From positions 1-64,000 of IMG/VR virus record IMGVR_UViG_3300011113_000640: a stretch of 64,000 bases of DNA; one strand, given 5' to 3'. A program made the position numbers and the translations under genes. Position 1 is the stretch's first letter. Each line of letters begins with the position of its first letter. The notes under the pieces are model-generated. The model worked only from the letters and a program-made list of their open reading frames with translations, was not told where the DNA came from and did no database searches. Positions 1-9,445 of this stretch are shown piece by piece.

Positions 1-919
1 TTCCTAATCCACTTTTTTGAATGCTTTTCAACAAAGGCTTGTAGGTGGCGTGATACAGATATGTATTATCTGCAAGCTCTTGAATTTTCTTGGGCTTTTG
101 CTTGTGTGTTTTGCCATAGTCATACCAGCGATCCACAACATCAAATCCTGGCCGGAAAAATATGGCCATGGGCACACCTTGATCCTGTCTGATCATGCCC
201 ACACGAGTTTTGCCCTGCGGCGCATCTGTTTTTTCTTCTTGACCCACTCGTTGCAACCAAGCATCCGGACGCAGTCTGACCAACCAGGTGTATGGGTGTT
301 GGCTGGCAAAAAGATCGCCACCGCGTAGATAAGTTCGCAAAGGGTAGAACCACAGTGCCGGTCGTCCCGACGGTCTGGGCAGGGCCAAGGGATCATAGCC
401 AGGATCGTCAATGTCGGGTGTTCGACCAAAATGCTGGCGAGCACTGAATCCCAACTTGTCCTGATCTGTGAATCTCACAAAATATTCATCAGGCGAGCCC
501 GGCAAGATGGTTGCCATGTTTTCTATCTCAGTTCTGGCGTCTTGGGCTTCTGTGATCTGGGTTTCCCAAACATTTTGTCCTGGTCTATGTTTCTGCCAAA
601 ATGCCGCACCGGCATCGGTTTGTTGCCCACTGCGCCGGATGCGATAGCCTCGGCTTTTCACGTAGTCATACATGACAGCGGCAATGCCTTGACCTTGGAA
701 TCGTGGATCTACTTCCAGATCCTGTGGATTTAGTATCAGGCCTTGGCCGTCATAGCTCATGGTGAATAAGACATGACCTAGTTCTTTTCCGCCCCGACTG
801 GCTGTCACATATACAGTTTGATTATCAGCGTCATCATCGTCAACATAGTCATCGTCTTTTTGTATTTCAAAAGAGATATCTATGCCTTCAAAATCTCTAA
901 CAAACTCTTGGGCTCTCAT
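1..919 (-). CDS. Multi-domain (polyvalent) protein, truncated by window edge: GNAT acetyltransferase-like domain plus ADP-ribosyltransferase-like domain(s)
   Basis: Not in the ORF track because it runs off the window. Hand translation from ATG 919, which overlaps the TGA of the upstream gene: MRAQEF...LEVDPRFQGQGIAAVMYDY (GNAT motif A)...EYFVRFTDQDKLG...ALWFYPL...YLYHATYKPLLKSIQKSGLG (ART/Tpt1-like H-x-T start). Confidence 0.75.
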   Translation of the reverse strand, partial: MRAQEFVRDFEGIDISFEIQKDDDYVDDDDADNQTVYVTASRGGKELGHVLFTMSYDGQGLILNPQDLEVDPRFQGQGIAAVMYDYVKSRGYRIRRSGQQTDAGAAFWQKHRPGQNVWETQITEAQDARTEIENMATILPGSPDEYFVRFTDQDKLGFSARQHFGRTPDIDDPGYDPLALPRPSGRPALWFYPLRTYLRGGDLFASQHPYTWLVRLRPDAWLQRVGQEEKTDAPQGKTRVGMIRQDQGVPMAIFFRPGFDVVDRWYDYGKTHKQKPKKIQELADNTYLYHATYKPLLKSIQKSGLG

Positions 920-2043
920 AGGCTGTAGGGATCCACTATGACCAAGTGGCCGTTGTTTCTGCGGCCAAGATTTTCCACGGCTGTCAAATCCAAGGGAGCT
1001 TGTCCACCCAGCACCTGTATCATGTCTTCGGTGGCCTGTATGAGTCCAAATATTTCCGCCTCGCTCATTTCTGCGGGCACAGGATTCCGCTGAAGAAACT
1101 GTTCACCCTGTTCACGGTCCACAGCACTCATGAGCTTTTCTATGTAGTCCAGTGTGGCTTCTTCGTTGGCCACATAGTTCACACGTTCCATTTCATACAC
1201 AAAGTAAGTTTCACCGTCTACCGTGAAGTTGCCTGAGTTGTAGATTCTTGGGTAGAAAGGATTCCGTTGATTCTGTTCAAAGAACCGCACATAGCGTCGG
1301 ACTACCTGTTCACGCTCGTCTTCGCCAATACCCAGTACTTTCAATATGGTACCACGTGGACTTTCGAACGCCATTTGATCACGTCCTTCACCGGCCAGTT
1401 CATAGCCACGCTGGAAAAAGTATTGTTGTATTCTATCACTGACTGTGAGTTCGTCGGGATAGTTTACTTCCTTGATTTGTTGAGCTGGCACCCACGCTGA
1501 GATATAATCACGATTCAGCAGATTTTTAGCGGCCCAGGCTCGGTGATTGCCATCTATGATATATCTGTTGGCATCTATCACAATAGGACGTTTGTCAATG
1601 AGATTCAGGCTGACTTCGCCAGCATGGCCAGGGTCTACTGCCATGACACGACCGTAGGGATCACTTTCAGGCTCTTGTTCCACATCGTCATATTCTTCAT
1701 CGGGTATGTTGAGATTCAGCAAGGGTACTTGTTGTAATTGCCACTGAGGATGAGATAATACTGTTTTCTCTAACTTAGGAATCAAAGATTCGTGATGTGT
1801 TTGATTGATGTAGTCTAAAACTTGTTGTGCTGTGGCGGTTTTACTTTCTTTAAGACTGTCAAATCGTTTGACCCAGACAAATCTAGTAGTGTCTGGAATC
1901 CACTTGACTCCCATGTGGCTCTTTGTGTCTGGATTGGTATTGATCAAGAAATCGCCGTCTTGATGCTTCAATATCTGTACTATTTGGCCAGTCTTTTCGA
2001 TCTTGGCCATGACTCTAGTAGAGGTAAATTCTTCGGCTCTCAT
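916..2043 (-). CDS. Multi-domain protein: ParB/Srx-like domain plus protein-kinase-like domain
   Basis: Start reset to MRAEEF (ATG 2043, 6 nt after TAAATA). IIDGNHRAWAA is a ParB/Srx motif. GEGRDQMAF..ILKV..YEMERV..DL..EN..LVIVDP fits kinase-fold motifs. Confidence 0.7.
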   Translation of the reverse strand: MRAEEFTSTRVMAKIEKTGQIVQILKHQDGDFLINTNPDTKSHMGVKWIPDTTRFVWVKRFDSLKESKTATAQQVLDYINQTHHESLIPKLEKTVLSHPQWQLQQVPLLNLNIPDEEYDDVEQEPESDPYGRVMAVDPGHAGEVSLNLIDKRPIVIDANRYIIDGNHRAWAAKNLLNRDYISAWVPAQQIKEVNYPDELTVSDRIQQYFFQRGYELAGEGRDQMAFESPRGTILKVLGIGEDEREQVVRRYVRFFEQNQRNPFYPRIYNSGNFTVDGETYFVYEMERVNYVANEEATLDYIEKLMSAVDREQGEQFLQRNPVPAEMSEAEIFGLIQATEDMIQVLGGQAPLDLTAVENLGRRNNGHLVIVDPYSL

Positions 2044-2047
2044 AAAC

Positions 2048-2452
2048 TTATTTACGCGGCCTGCCGGCAGTAACTCTCTGTATGAGCTCGGCTGCATGCT
2101 CTAGGTTATTGTATTTTAATCTACAGAATGTGGCACTGACTATGCCTTTTGCGTAGGCAGTGCCCAATCCTTGTGCTATTTCGTTGAGTGCTCGAGCCGC
2201 TTTAAATCCATTTGCGTTTCTGGGAATGAATTCTGAATAGCGTTCAAATGTCATGGTCCTGCGTGTAATGTCTTGGGCATTGGCAGAACTGGCCTGGAAG
2301 TTGTCACACTGCTGACGATACTCGCCGGCCATGACTCGGATCTCAGTGATCTGCAGGTACTCGTTGGCGTCATAGGGTGCCATCAAGTAGGCATCCAACA
2401 AGGCACAACTGCTCAGCAACACACAGGTCAGGGCTAGAACAATACGTTTCAT
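2048..2452 (-). CDS. Hypothetical lipoprotein
   Basis: Signal peptide with lipobox LLSSC. Confidence 0.7.
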   Translation of the reverse strand: MKRIVLALTCVLLSSCALLDAYLMAPYDANEYLQITEIRVMAGEYRQQCDNFQASSANAQDITRRTMTFERYSEFIPRNANGFKAARALNEIAQGLGTAYAKGIVSATFCRLKYNNLEHAAELIQRVTAGRPRK

Positions 2453-2559
2453 GGTCGTTCCTTGTCAGGCCAGAATATCACGGCCGCGGCCACTGACACT
2501 GCTATCATCACCACAGTCCAGCCCAGCACTTCCAACGCATAGAACATAAAATCAAGCAT
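2449..2559 (-). CDS. 36-aa single-TM membrane peptide
   Basis: Hand translation [36 protein letters not shown]. Coupled by TGATG and ATGA overlaps to both neighbours. Confidence 0.6.
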   Translation of the reverse strand: MLDFMFYALEVLGWTVVMIAVSVAAAVIFWPDKERP

Positions 2560-3854
2560 CAGTGAAACTGTTCCTCTTCAGTGCTGCCCTTGAGTGCCTG
2601 TGTTGACGCTGTGGCTTCTATGGTGGTGGTCACACGGTCAAAATAGCTGGTTCCTACTTCTCTTTGGTGTTTGACTGCTTCAAAACCTCGCGCACCATCG
2701 GCAAATTCTTTTTGCTGTAGGTCCACAAATGCCGACATGCCATTCCTAGCATAGCCATGAGCCAGATCAAACATGCCGTGATTAAGAGCATGAAAGCCAG
2801 CGAGTGTAATGAATTGAAACTTGTAACCCATAGCTCCAAGTTCACGTTGGAAAACGCTGATTGTTGTATCATCTAAATTCTTCTTCCAGTTAAAAGATGG
2901 CGAGCAGTTGTAGGCCAACATCTTGTTAGGGAATTTGTCATGAATTGCATCGGCAAATTTCTTAGCAAAATCCAGATCTGGCGTGCCTGTCTCGCACCAG
3001 ATCAAATCTGCGTAAGGTGCATAGGCCAGGCCACGACTCACGGCCTGCTCAAAGCCGTTGCGTGTTTCATAGAAACCTTCCACTGTGCGCTCACCGGTCA
3101 GGAAAGGTCGGTCGTTTTCGTCCACGTCACTGGTGACCAATGCGGCTGCTTCGGCATCTGTGCGTGCCAATAATACTGTGGGCACACCCAGCACATCGGC
3201 AGCTAGTCGTGCAGCATTGAGTTTGTTGACAGCTTCGCGGGTGGGAATCAAGACCTTGCCGCCCATGTGACCGCACTTCTTGGCACTGGCCAACTGATCT
3301 TCAAAATGCACACCAGCTGCACCGGCTTCGATCATGGCCTTCATGAGTTCGTAGGCATTTAATACACCACCAAAGCCCGACTCGGCGTCGGCCACTATGG
3401 GCTGGAAAAAGTCCACATCTCCAGAACCTTCCATCCACTGGATCTGATCGGCACGTGCAAATGTGTTGTTGATTTTACGTACCATTTCAGGCACTGAATT
3501 CACGGCGTATAAACTTTGATCAGGATACATTTGTCCTGACGTGTTGGCATCAGCTGCCACTTGCCAACCACTTAGATAAATTCCTTTGAGTCCAGCCTTG
3601 ACCTGTTGCAATGCCTGCATGCCTGTTAGTGCGCCTAGGGTGTTAACATAATCTTCTTCCAACAAGCTCATCCATAGTTTGTTGGCACCACGTTCGGCCA
3701 AGCTGTATTCCACAGGATTGGATCCTTGCAAGTCCACTACCTGTTCGGCGGTGTAGTTGCGTTTGATGTGGTCCCAGCGTGGGTTGCTTTCCCATTCTTT
3801 TCTAATGTGTGTTGCTCGTGCTTTTTTGTTCAACGACATTTTGCTTCCTTTCAA
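2559..3854 (-). CDS. aceA: Isocitrate lyase
   Basis: Full-length 431 aa with [22 protein letters not shown], catalytic [25 protein letters not shown] and HQREVG. Confidence 0.97.
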   Translation of the reverse strand: MKGSKMSLNKKARATHIRKEWESNPRWDHIKRNYTAEQVVDLQGSNPVEYSLAERGANKLWMSLLEEDYVNTLGALTGMQALQQVKAGLKGIYLSGWQVAADANTSGQMYPDQSLYAVNSVPEMVRKINNTFARADQIQWMEGSGDVDFFQPIVADAESGFGGVLNAYELMKAMIEAGAAGVHFEDQLASAKKCGHMGGKVLIPTREAVNKLNAARLAADVLGVPTVLLARTDAEAAALVTSDVDENDRPFLTGERTVEGFYETRNGFEQAVSRGLAYAPYADLIWCETGTPDLDFAKKFADAIHDKFPNKMLAYNCSPSFNWKKNLDDTTISVFQRELGAMGYKFQFITLAGFHALNHGMFDLAHGYARNGMSAFVDLQQKEFADGARGFEAVKHQREVGTSYFDRVTTTIEATASTQALKGSTEEEQFH

Positions 3855-3860
3855 CGGTTA

Positions 3861-4472
3861 TTATTTGCTGATGCTTTCGAATATCGTTTTCTGTTCACGA
3901 TACCATTCCTGCCAGGCCTTTAGTTTTTCTGCGTTTTCGTGGCAGGCTCCGTAGTTTTCGATGACTCGGTCGAGGAGACGACTGGCTTCAATGGCACTGG
4001 GGGTTCCATCAGTTGCGGTGGCACGCTGGGGAACTTGATTGAGACTGGCACTGTCGTGCAAGCTGACAGTGCTACGAGGCAAACTGCACTGAGCATCCAA
4101 CTGCCGACCCGCTGTGTCACGGACGATTTCTCTTGTGATGTATACATTTTCTTTGACCACCTTTACTTTTTCAATTATCTTGGTTTCAATCACAGTGTTG
4201 ACCTGCTGTGACTTCTCTTCTGCGATTCGGACTCGTTGTTTCATTTCTGCTATCTGTTCTCTGTAGCTGATGCCACCCGAGAAATAAGCGGCAATGACTA
4301 AAGCCAACACACCCATTAATTCTGCGGGCAAACGATACTGACCTATGAGTGGTATCCATGACACCAGCTTGCTGGCCACATACAGGATCACACCTGCCCC
4401 AAACAACAGATAGGTCAGCCAGACAAATATGCTGTCAGGTATCAGTTGCAGGAGCCATTGTATCTGCCACAT
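3861..4472 (-). CDS. Rz-like inner-membrane spanin
   Basis: N-terminal TM segments followed by a coiled coil. Lies directly after the endolysin and contains a nested lipoprotein ORF. Confidence 0.75.
   Translation of the reverse strand: MWQIQWLLQLIPDSIFVWLTYLLFGAGVILYVASKLVSWIPLIGQYRLPAELMGVLALVIAAYFSGGISYREQIAEMKQRVRIAEEKSQQVNTVIETKIIEKVKVVKENVYITREIVRDTAGRQLDAQCSLPRSTVSLHDSASLNQVPQRATATDGTPSAIEASRLLDRVIENYGACHENAEKLKAWQEWYREQKTIFESISK
3920..4096 (-). CDS. Rz1-like outer-membrane spanin lipoprotein, nested in Rz
   Basis: MLSAVCLVALSAC lipobox and Pro-rich mature part (KFPSVPPQLMEPPVPLKP), in an alternate frame inside Rz. Confidence 0.75.
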   Translation of the reverse strand: MLSAVCLVALSACTTVPVSIKFPSVPPQLMEPPVPLKPVVSSTESSKTTEPATKTQKN

Positions 4473-5098
4473 CAGTGACCGCCAAATACATGTAGGGCAT
4501 GAGCATAGTGTTTCATCCTATCCTCGAGTCCAATGGTGCCGCCGTTGATTCTTTTTGTCATGGTCAGGATGTCATTGTTGTCAGCATATTGATTCAAGTT
4601 GTTGGTCTCCCAGAACCAGCAGGCACTTTGTACTGCACCTTCAAAGGTTTCCAAGTAAGCACTGGTTTCTTCCACTGGTGTTTCTATTGAATCAGCAAAG
4701 TTTGAGTAGTTGCTCTTGCCTGTGAGCTGGATCAAGCCACGACCGCAGTAACGGAAACCATCGCCGCTCTCTTCAGGACCATTGCCCATTCTGTTGGCAT
4801 AGATCCTGTTGGCTATGGCTTCGGCCTTGTTGGGCAAACCAGCATACTGTTCAGCTAGGGCATCTGTGGGAAAATACTTGGGAAATATCTTTCTTAGACT
4901 TGCGGCACGATAATTGAGATTTTCTTTGAGGAACACAAATCCGCCTGACTCATGGGCGCATTGTGCCAAAAAAGCAGCCACACGCTGTGGAGTGTCAATG
5001 CTGTAGTCAGGCAATAATTTGTTTAGGGCACTGCACCACTGATCGATGTAGGGATTTTTAGGTATGATTTGTGCTAGTTGTTCTCTGGTGATTTCCAT
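4472..5098 (-). CDS. Glycoside hydrolase family 19 endolysin
   Basis: AAFLAQCAHESGGF, LKENLNY, YANRMGN, GRGLIQLTGKSNY, TKRINGG. Confidence 0.93.
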   Translation of the reverse strand: MEITREQLAQIIPKNPYIDQWCSALNKLLPDYSIDTPQRVAAFLAQCAHESGGFVFLKENLNYRAASLRKIFPKYFPTDALAEQYAGLPNKAEAIANRIYANRMGNGPEESGDGFRYCGRGLIQLTGKSNYSNFADSIETPVEETSAYLETFEGAVQSACWFWETNNLNQYADNNDILTMTKRINGGTIGLEDRMKHYAHALHVFGGH

Positions 5099-5205
5099 GG
5101 GTATTCCTTGATGATATCCATATTTAGTTTGCCGCAAGTTGATTTTTTATACATTTTACTCCGCAATGATGATTACAAGTATTTTATCCAGTATTGGTTG
5201 CAAAC

Positions 5206-5213
5206 TATAAATA
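5206..5213 (+). promoter_or_regulatory. T4-type late promoter TATAAATA
   Basis: Exact TATAAATA 5 nt before ATG 5219. The core TAAATA also precedes starts on the - strand at 2049-2054, 11791-11796, 14332-14337, 24826-24831, 32871-32876, 33791-33796, 41857-41862 and 44909-44914, and on the + strand at 11736-11741 and 60152-60157. Confidence 0.65.
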
Positions 5214-5218
5214 GCAAT

Positions 5219-6355
5219 ATGAACGTTCTTGTTTTAACTCCAGACCGTGTGGGCAGCAGCTTTTTACAACGATTGATAACCGTTTATATGACAGCGCACA
5301 AATATGATCGCCCAGTGATCAACATACACGAACTCACTGATCCTATGTTCATCAAATATCACAGCCCTGTATTCAATCAAGAAGTCATTGGGTGTTCCTT
5401 TAAACTAGGCAAACATAGATCATTGCCTGAAATTGTTGAACTATTAAAATCAACCGATCATTACAAAGTTTGTAGACTAACTCAGTTCTATTTGAAACAA
5501 CGCCAAGATTCAATAGCAGATCAGGTAGAGTTATATCACTATCTCAATGACAATTATTTTATTATCAGTGCTCGCAGAGATAACATGTTTGAGTACGGGC
5601 TGAGCTGGTGCATAGCCAAAGAATCTCATTTAATGAACGCTGCAAGTCATGAAGAAAAATTCAATTATTTTAAAAAATTATATCGTAATAAAATTACTGT
5701 AGATCCGCAAATGTTGTTGCATCACATTTATCAATATCAAGACTATATTAAATGGGTCGATGAATCATTTAAAGTTAATTCATATTTTCATTATGATCGA
5801 GACATGACTCGTATTGAGGATTACGTTCTAAACTTAAACATATTCAAAGATCAAGAAAAAAAGAAATCTTGGCAAGATATATTTGGTATCAATTTTACTG
5901 ACTGGAACAAATGTCATTATCTCATCAGCGATATGAGTGGCATTGGCCAACAGTTAGAAAAAAACTTTGATGTGCCAAAATTAACTTACGATAGTAATGA
6001 TACCGGTGTGCAATTACAGTGTGTTGAGCCCGATTATATACCACAGACTCTGACTCAGGAAGATCAACGCTTGTTGATTGAAAAAGGCCCGGCATACACT
6101 CAGGCCGCTGACGCTATACAAGAGCTGGTGGATCACAAAGTGCTGTATAAAGCTGTGCCAATTAAATTACAAACCATGATGGAAAAACGACTGTTGGTCA
6201 GTAACTTTGATGAGTGTCTTGAAGCTTATAATCGTGCTGTGGAAGATCCATTGTGTGGTCTGTATAATATGAGAAAAACTCTAGGCTTAGATGATATTTC
6301 TAAAATTTCAGAAGAAGAAATCAAACGCTGGCATAACTTGCCAAAATTAACCTAA
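5219..6355 (+). CDS. Sulfotransferase-like P-loop protein, paralog 1
   Basis: Start reset to MNVLVLTPDRVGSSFLQRL (5'-PSB-like loop). IISARRDNMFEYGLSW resembles the 3'-PB R...S motif. AT-rich. Confidence 0.6.
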   Translation: MNVLVLTPDRVGSSFLQRLITVYMTAHKYDRPVINIHELTDPMFIKYHSPVFNQEVIGCSFKLGKHRSLPEIVELLKSTDHYKVCRLTQFYLKQRQDSIADQVELYHYLNDNYFIISARRDNMFEYGLSWCIAKESHLMNAASHEEKFNYFKKLYRNKITVDPQMLLHHIYQYQDYIKWVDESFKVNSYFHYDRDMTRIEDYVLNLNIFKDQEKKKSWQDIFGINFTDWNKCHYLISDMSGIGQQLEKNFDVPKLTYDSNDTGVQLQCVEPDYIPQTLTQEDQRLLIEKGPAYTQAADAIQELVDHKVLYKAVPIKLQTMMEKRLLVSNFDECLEAYNRAVEDPLCGLYNMRKTLGLDDISKISEEEIKRWHNLPKLT

Positions 6356-6439
6356 CATCGTCTCCAGACATAGGCGTAACACCGGTAGATAAACAGCTTG
6401 ATTATATAACAGACATCTATTGCAAAAATAAGTAATGGC

Positions 6440-7729
6440 ATGAATGTTCTGATCCTGACTCCAGATGCGGTAGGCAGTACTCTTTTACAGCGGCTAATTA
6501 CCATTTACATGCAGTTCCATCACTATGATCGCCCCGTGATCAATCTGCACGAACTCACCAACGGCTTGGTCAAATATCATAATGAGCATTTTGGTCACGA
6601 AGTTTTGGGCAAGAAAACTGGCAAGTGGGGCTACTATCAAAGTTTGCAAGAAGTTGTTGAATTGCTGAGCAGTGTGGATCACTACAAGACCAGCAGGCTG
6701 GCACACTATCACATACGAAATCGTCAAGACAACCTGGCAGATCAGATACCATTTTATCAATACCTCAATGATAATTTTTACATTATTAGTTGTCGCCGAC
6801 ACAACATATTTGAACATGCACTGAGTTGGTGTCTCAGCAAGGTTACCAAAAAACTCAATGTGTATTCAGGCACAGAAAAAATCGACAATTTTTTTGACAT
6901 TTACCGCAACGGTATTGAACTGGACCCCAACAGCCTACTACAAACACTAAACGCCTACAAGGACTATGTGAAGTGGTGCAATGATCATTTTGATGTGGCC
7001 AATTATTTTTTCTACGAAGAACACTTGCCCAACATTGAAAAATACATTTTGAACCTACCAATTTTCGCACAACAACCTCAACAGTTGACCTGGCAGGACA
7101 ACTTTGGCATGCAATTTAACAAGTGGAACATGTGTCATTATGTCAGCAGCGATCTAGGAACCTTGGCCTTGGACAAACCAGAAACATTTGCACAGTTGGC
7201 TGATCAATCACGCACCTACAAATTAGGCGATGCAGATCACACACTAATCAAAGGATACAAGGATGTGCGTGATCCCAGCTGGCCAGAGGTCAATACTATG
7301 GAAGATTATGAAAGTTTACCTCAACATATCAAGGATGAAGTTGAACAAAAACATGGAATAAGTCTTGGCACCAACACCAGCCTGGTCAGCTACACAGCAT
7401 TACACAAACCTTTGATCGAACTATTGCCCAAGGAACATCAAGAATTCCTGCAGCAGAATCAAGAGACTTATGATCAAAGCATGAAAAATATTCATCAAAT
7501 GGTCACCAATGGAATCATAGTCAGTGATCCTCCAATCAAAAAACAAACCTTGGCAGAAAAAAAGCACATGATCAAAAACTATCAGCATCTGTTGACCGTT
7601 TACAATCAATGGATTGAACAAAATCCAGATCTAGGGCGTCCGTTAGACAATGACACCTTGGATCAGTTTGCTGATATGGAACGAGCTAGGTGGAATCCTG
7701 CTACTACAGCAATAACAGTATCTGATTGA
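6440..7729 (+). CDS. Sulfotransferase-like P-loop protein, paralog 2
   Basis: MNVLILTPDAVGSTLLQRL and IISCRRHNIFEHALSW. Clearly colinear with the upstream paralog. Confidence 0.6.
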   Translation: MNVLILTPDAVGSTLLQRLITIYMQFHHYDRPVINLHELTNGLVKYHNEHFGHEVLGKKTGKWGYYQSLQEVVELLSSVDHYKTSRLAHYHIRNRQDNLADQIPFYQYLNDNFYIISCRRHNIFEHALSWCLSKVTKKLNVYSGTEKIDNFFDIYRNGIELDPNSLLQTLNAYKDYVKWCNDHFDVANYFFYEEHLPNIEKYILNLPIFAQQPQQLTWQDNFGMQFNKWNMCHYVSSDLGTLALDKPETFAQLADQSRTYKLGDADHTLIKGYKDVRDPSWPEVNTMEDYESLPQHIKDEVEQKHGISLGTNTSLVSYTALHKPLIELLPKEHQEFLQQNQETYDQSMKNIHQMVTNGIIVSDPPIKKQTLAEKKHMIKNYQHLLTVYNQWIEQNPDLGRPLDNDTLDQFADMERARWNPATTAITVSD

Positions 7730-8561
7730 CCAGACTTTGACTAGTAAGGATGTCATAATGATGTCCATCACGGGCTAGATCTAACACTTTGATTTCTGGA
7801 ATCACTAGACCTTTCACTTTAGATTCCACAACACCTTTGAATGATTTAGGGACAAAATTTGGAATAAAAGTGTGTATGATTTTTGTATTGCAATCATTGG
7901 ACTCTAACACTTGATAGATATTGTGCAAGATGTTTTCGATGTCTTCTTCGTCAGTGCAGTTGCCTCCTCGCAACCTTCTCCATTCATCTTGCATACATGA
8001 ATCATTCCATCCGCCGTGTACAGAATCAATTTCATCTTGTATTTTTTGTGGTAATGTGTGGCGATTCTGTCTGGTGCAACTAGGCCAACTATCATCACGT
8101 ATGCTATTGTAAAAATTTTGCCAATGTTGATCCAATATCGTTTGCAGATTTTCTTCGCGACGATTCACATAACTCCACTGTATGATCATGAGCTTGGGTT
8201 GGATTTGTTTTAGGATATCTATAGATTTTCTGGATATCCAGTCGTTGCTGGCTCCATCCATGCTGACATTTACGGTTCTGGTGCCAATGGATTGTTGCAA
8301 AATATAGCTCCAGGTGTGTTCTCTAGGGCTTCCTAGACCCACAGTAAAACTGTCGCCTACACACCAAATGGCCTTGGATAGTTCTGACAGTGAGTCTGGC
8401 CAGCTTTGATCTCGATAGCCACGATTGTTGTAACGATATTCTACTTGATAGGGATAAGATCTATAGTGCTCACGATCCAGGCACTGATCTTCACAGTCAA
8501 TGCCAGTGGTAGACCAGCACTGGTCAACACGACTGGGTATTACAAAGTCAGGTAGGATCAT
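7704..8561 (-). CDS. SGNH/GDSL-like hydrolase or acyltransferase
   Basis: VGDSFTVG block I, NVSMDGASNDWI block II, and DGHH near the C-terminus. Confidence 0.65.
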   Translation of the reverse strand: MILPDFVIPSRVDQCWSTTGIDCEDQCLDREHYRSYPYQVEYRYNNRGYRDQSWPDSLSELSKAIWCVGDSFTVGLGSPREHTWSYILQQSIGTRTVNVSMDGASNDWISRKSIDILKQIQPKLMIIQWSYVNRREENLQTILDQHWQNFYNSIRDDSWPSCTRQNRHTLPQKIQDEIDSVHGGWNDSCMQDEWRRLRGGNCTDEEDIENILHNIYQVLESNDCNTKIIHTFIPNFVPKSFKGVVESKVKGLVIPEIKVLDLARDGHHYDILTSQSLVNQILLLL

Positions 8562-8608
8562 TTTTTATACGACTCAAGAAATCCACTTCATGTTCGTAGT
8601 TGTTGAGC

Positions 8609-9445
8609 CTATTCCAGGCCCATTTCGCGGCGGATTTTAGTTGCCGATATGCTGTGTGTAGCATCGTCAAAAGTTTCCTGTTCAATCTTATAACCCACAT
8701 CACGACCATAGGTGATATTAACTATGTTGGGCACTACCTGTATCTCATACTGTCCTTGAAACACAGGATCTAGATCTCTGCGAATATAGTTTTTAACTTG
8801 TTCTATGGCAAAGGGATTTGATCCTTGCCAACCCTGACAGTCGCGAATCATTATACAGACCTGTCCGGTCTTGGCTATGGCACGTTCAAACAAGGCCCTA
8901 TGGCCAGCATGCCAAGGTTGCCAACGTCCCAGCATCTGCACAGTTTCTTTCTGCCAATCAAATGTGGGTCTACGGCGCTTGTCAATGATGTGCGATCCCA
9001 CAAACTCAGCCCATTTTTCAGCATTTTGTTCTGTGATGCGGAAATCATACACTTCAGGTGGCACAAACATTTTGTTGGTGTCTTCAAAGCGACCGGCTTC
9101 GATGGTGTCCATCCATATGGTCCAGTCGGCCTTGAAGTTGTTGCGCATCTCTGGAATAGGCGCTACAAAATCGCAGATCACATAGTCCGTGCTGGTAGCC
9201 AAGGCAAACTCCAGCATCCTCAGACTTTGACGTATGCGTCCTTCTTTGCTGAAGTCCCAGTCGTTGTATTTTCTGCGCACATCATCGGCATTGAACCAGG
9301 TCACTGTGGCGTTGAGTCCACCAATGGGCATCATTTCAGGTATGTGTTGTGTGATGCCATGCTGTTCTAGATAGGTTTTTAATCTCTCTGCGAAGTAAGT
9401 CTTGCCCGAACCGGGCAAGCCCATGATCAATATTTTTTGTTTCAT
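8609..9445 (-). CDS. Adenylyl-sulfate (APS) kinase-like domain fused to HxGH nucleotidyltransferase
   Basis: GLPGSGKT, NADDVRRKYNDWDFSKEGRIRQ and ICDFVAP match CysC-like kinases. C-terminal LGRWQPWHAGH. Confidence 0.8.
   Translation of the reverse strand: MKQKILIMGLPGSGKTYFAERLKTYLEQHGITQHIPEMMPIGGLNATVTWFNADDVRRKYNDWDFSKEGRIRQSLRMLEFALATSTDYVICDFVAPIPEMRNNFKADWTIWMDTIEAGRFEDTNKMFVPPEVYDFRITEQNAEKWAEFVGSHIIDKRRRPTFDWQKETVQMLGRWQPWHAGHRALFERAIAKTGQVCIMIRDCQGWQGSNPFAIEQVKNYIRRDLDPVFQGQYEIQVVPNIVNITYGRDVGYKIEQETFDDATHSISATKIRREMGLE

Noticed and set aside
8825-9370. Long opposite-strand ORFs in the track (e.g. 8825-9370, 13408-13905, 26975-27628, 42011-42559, 47179-47685)
   Set aside because: They are antisense shadows of well-supported genes, with no motifs or RBS of their own.
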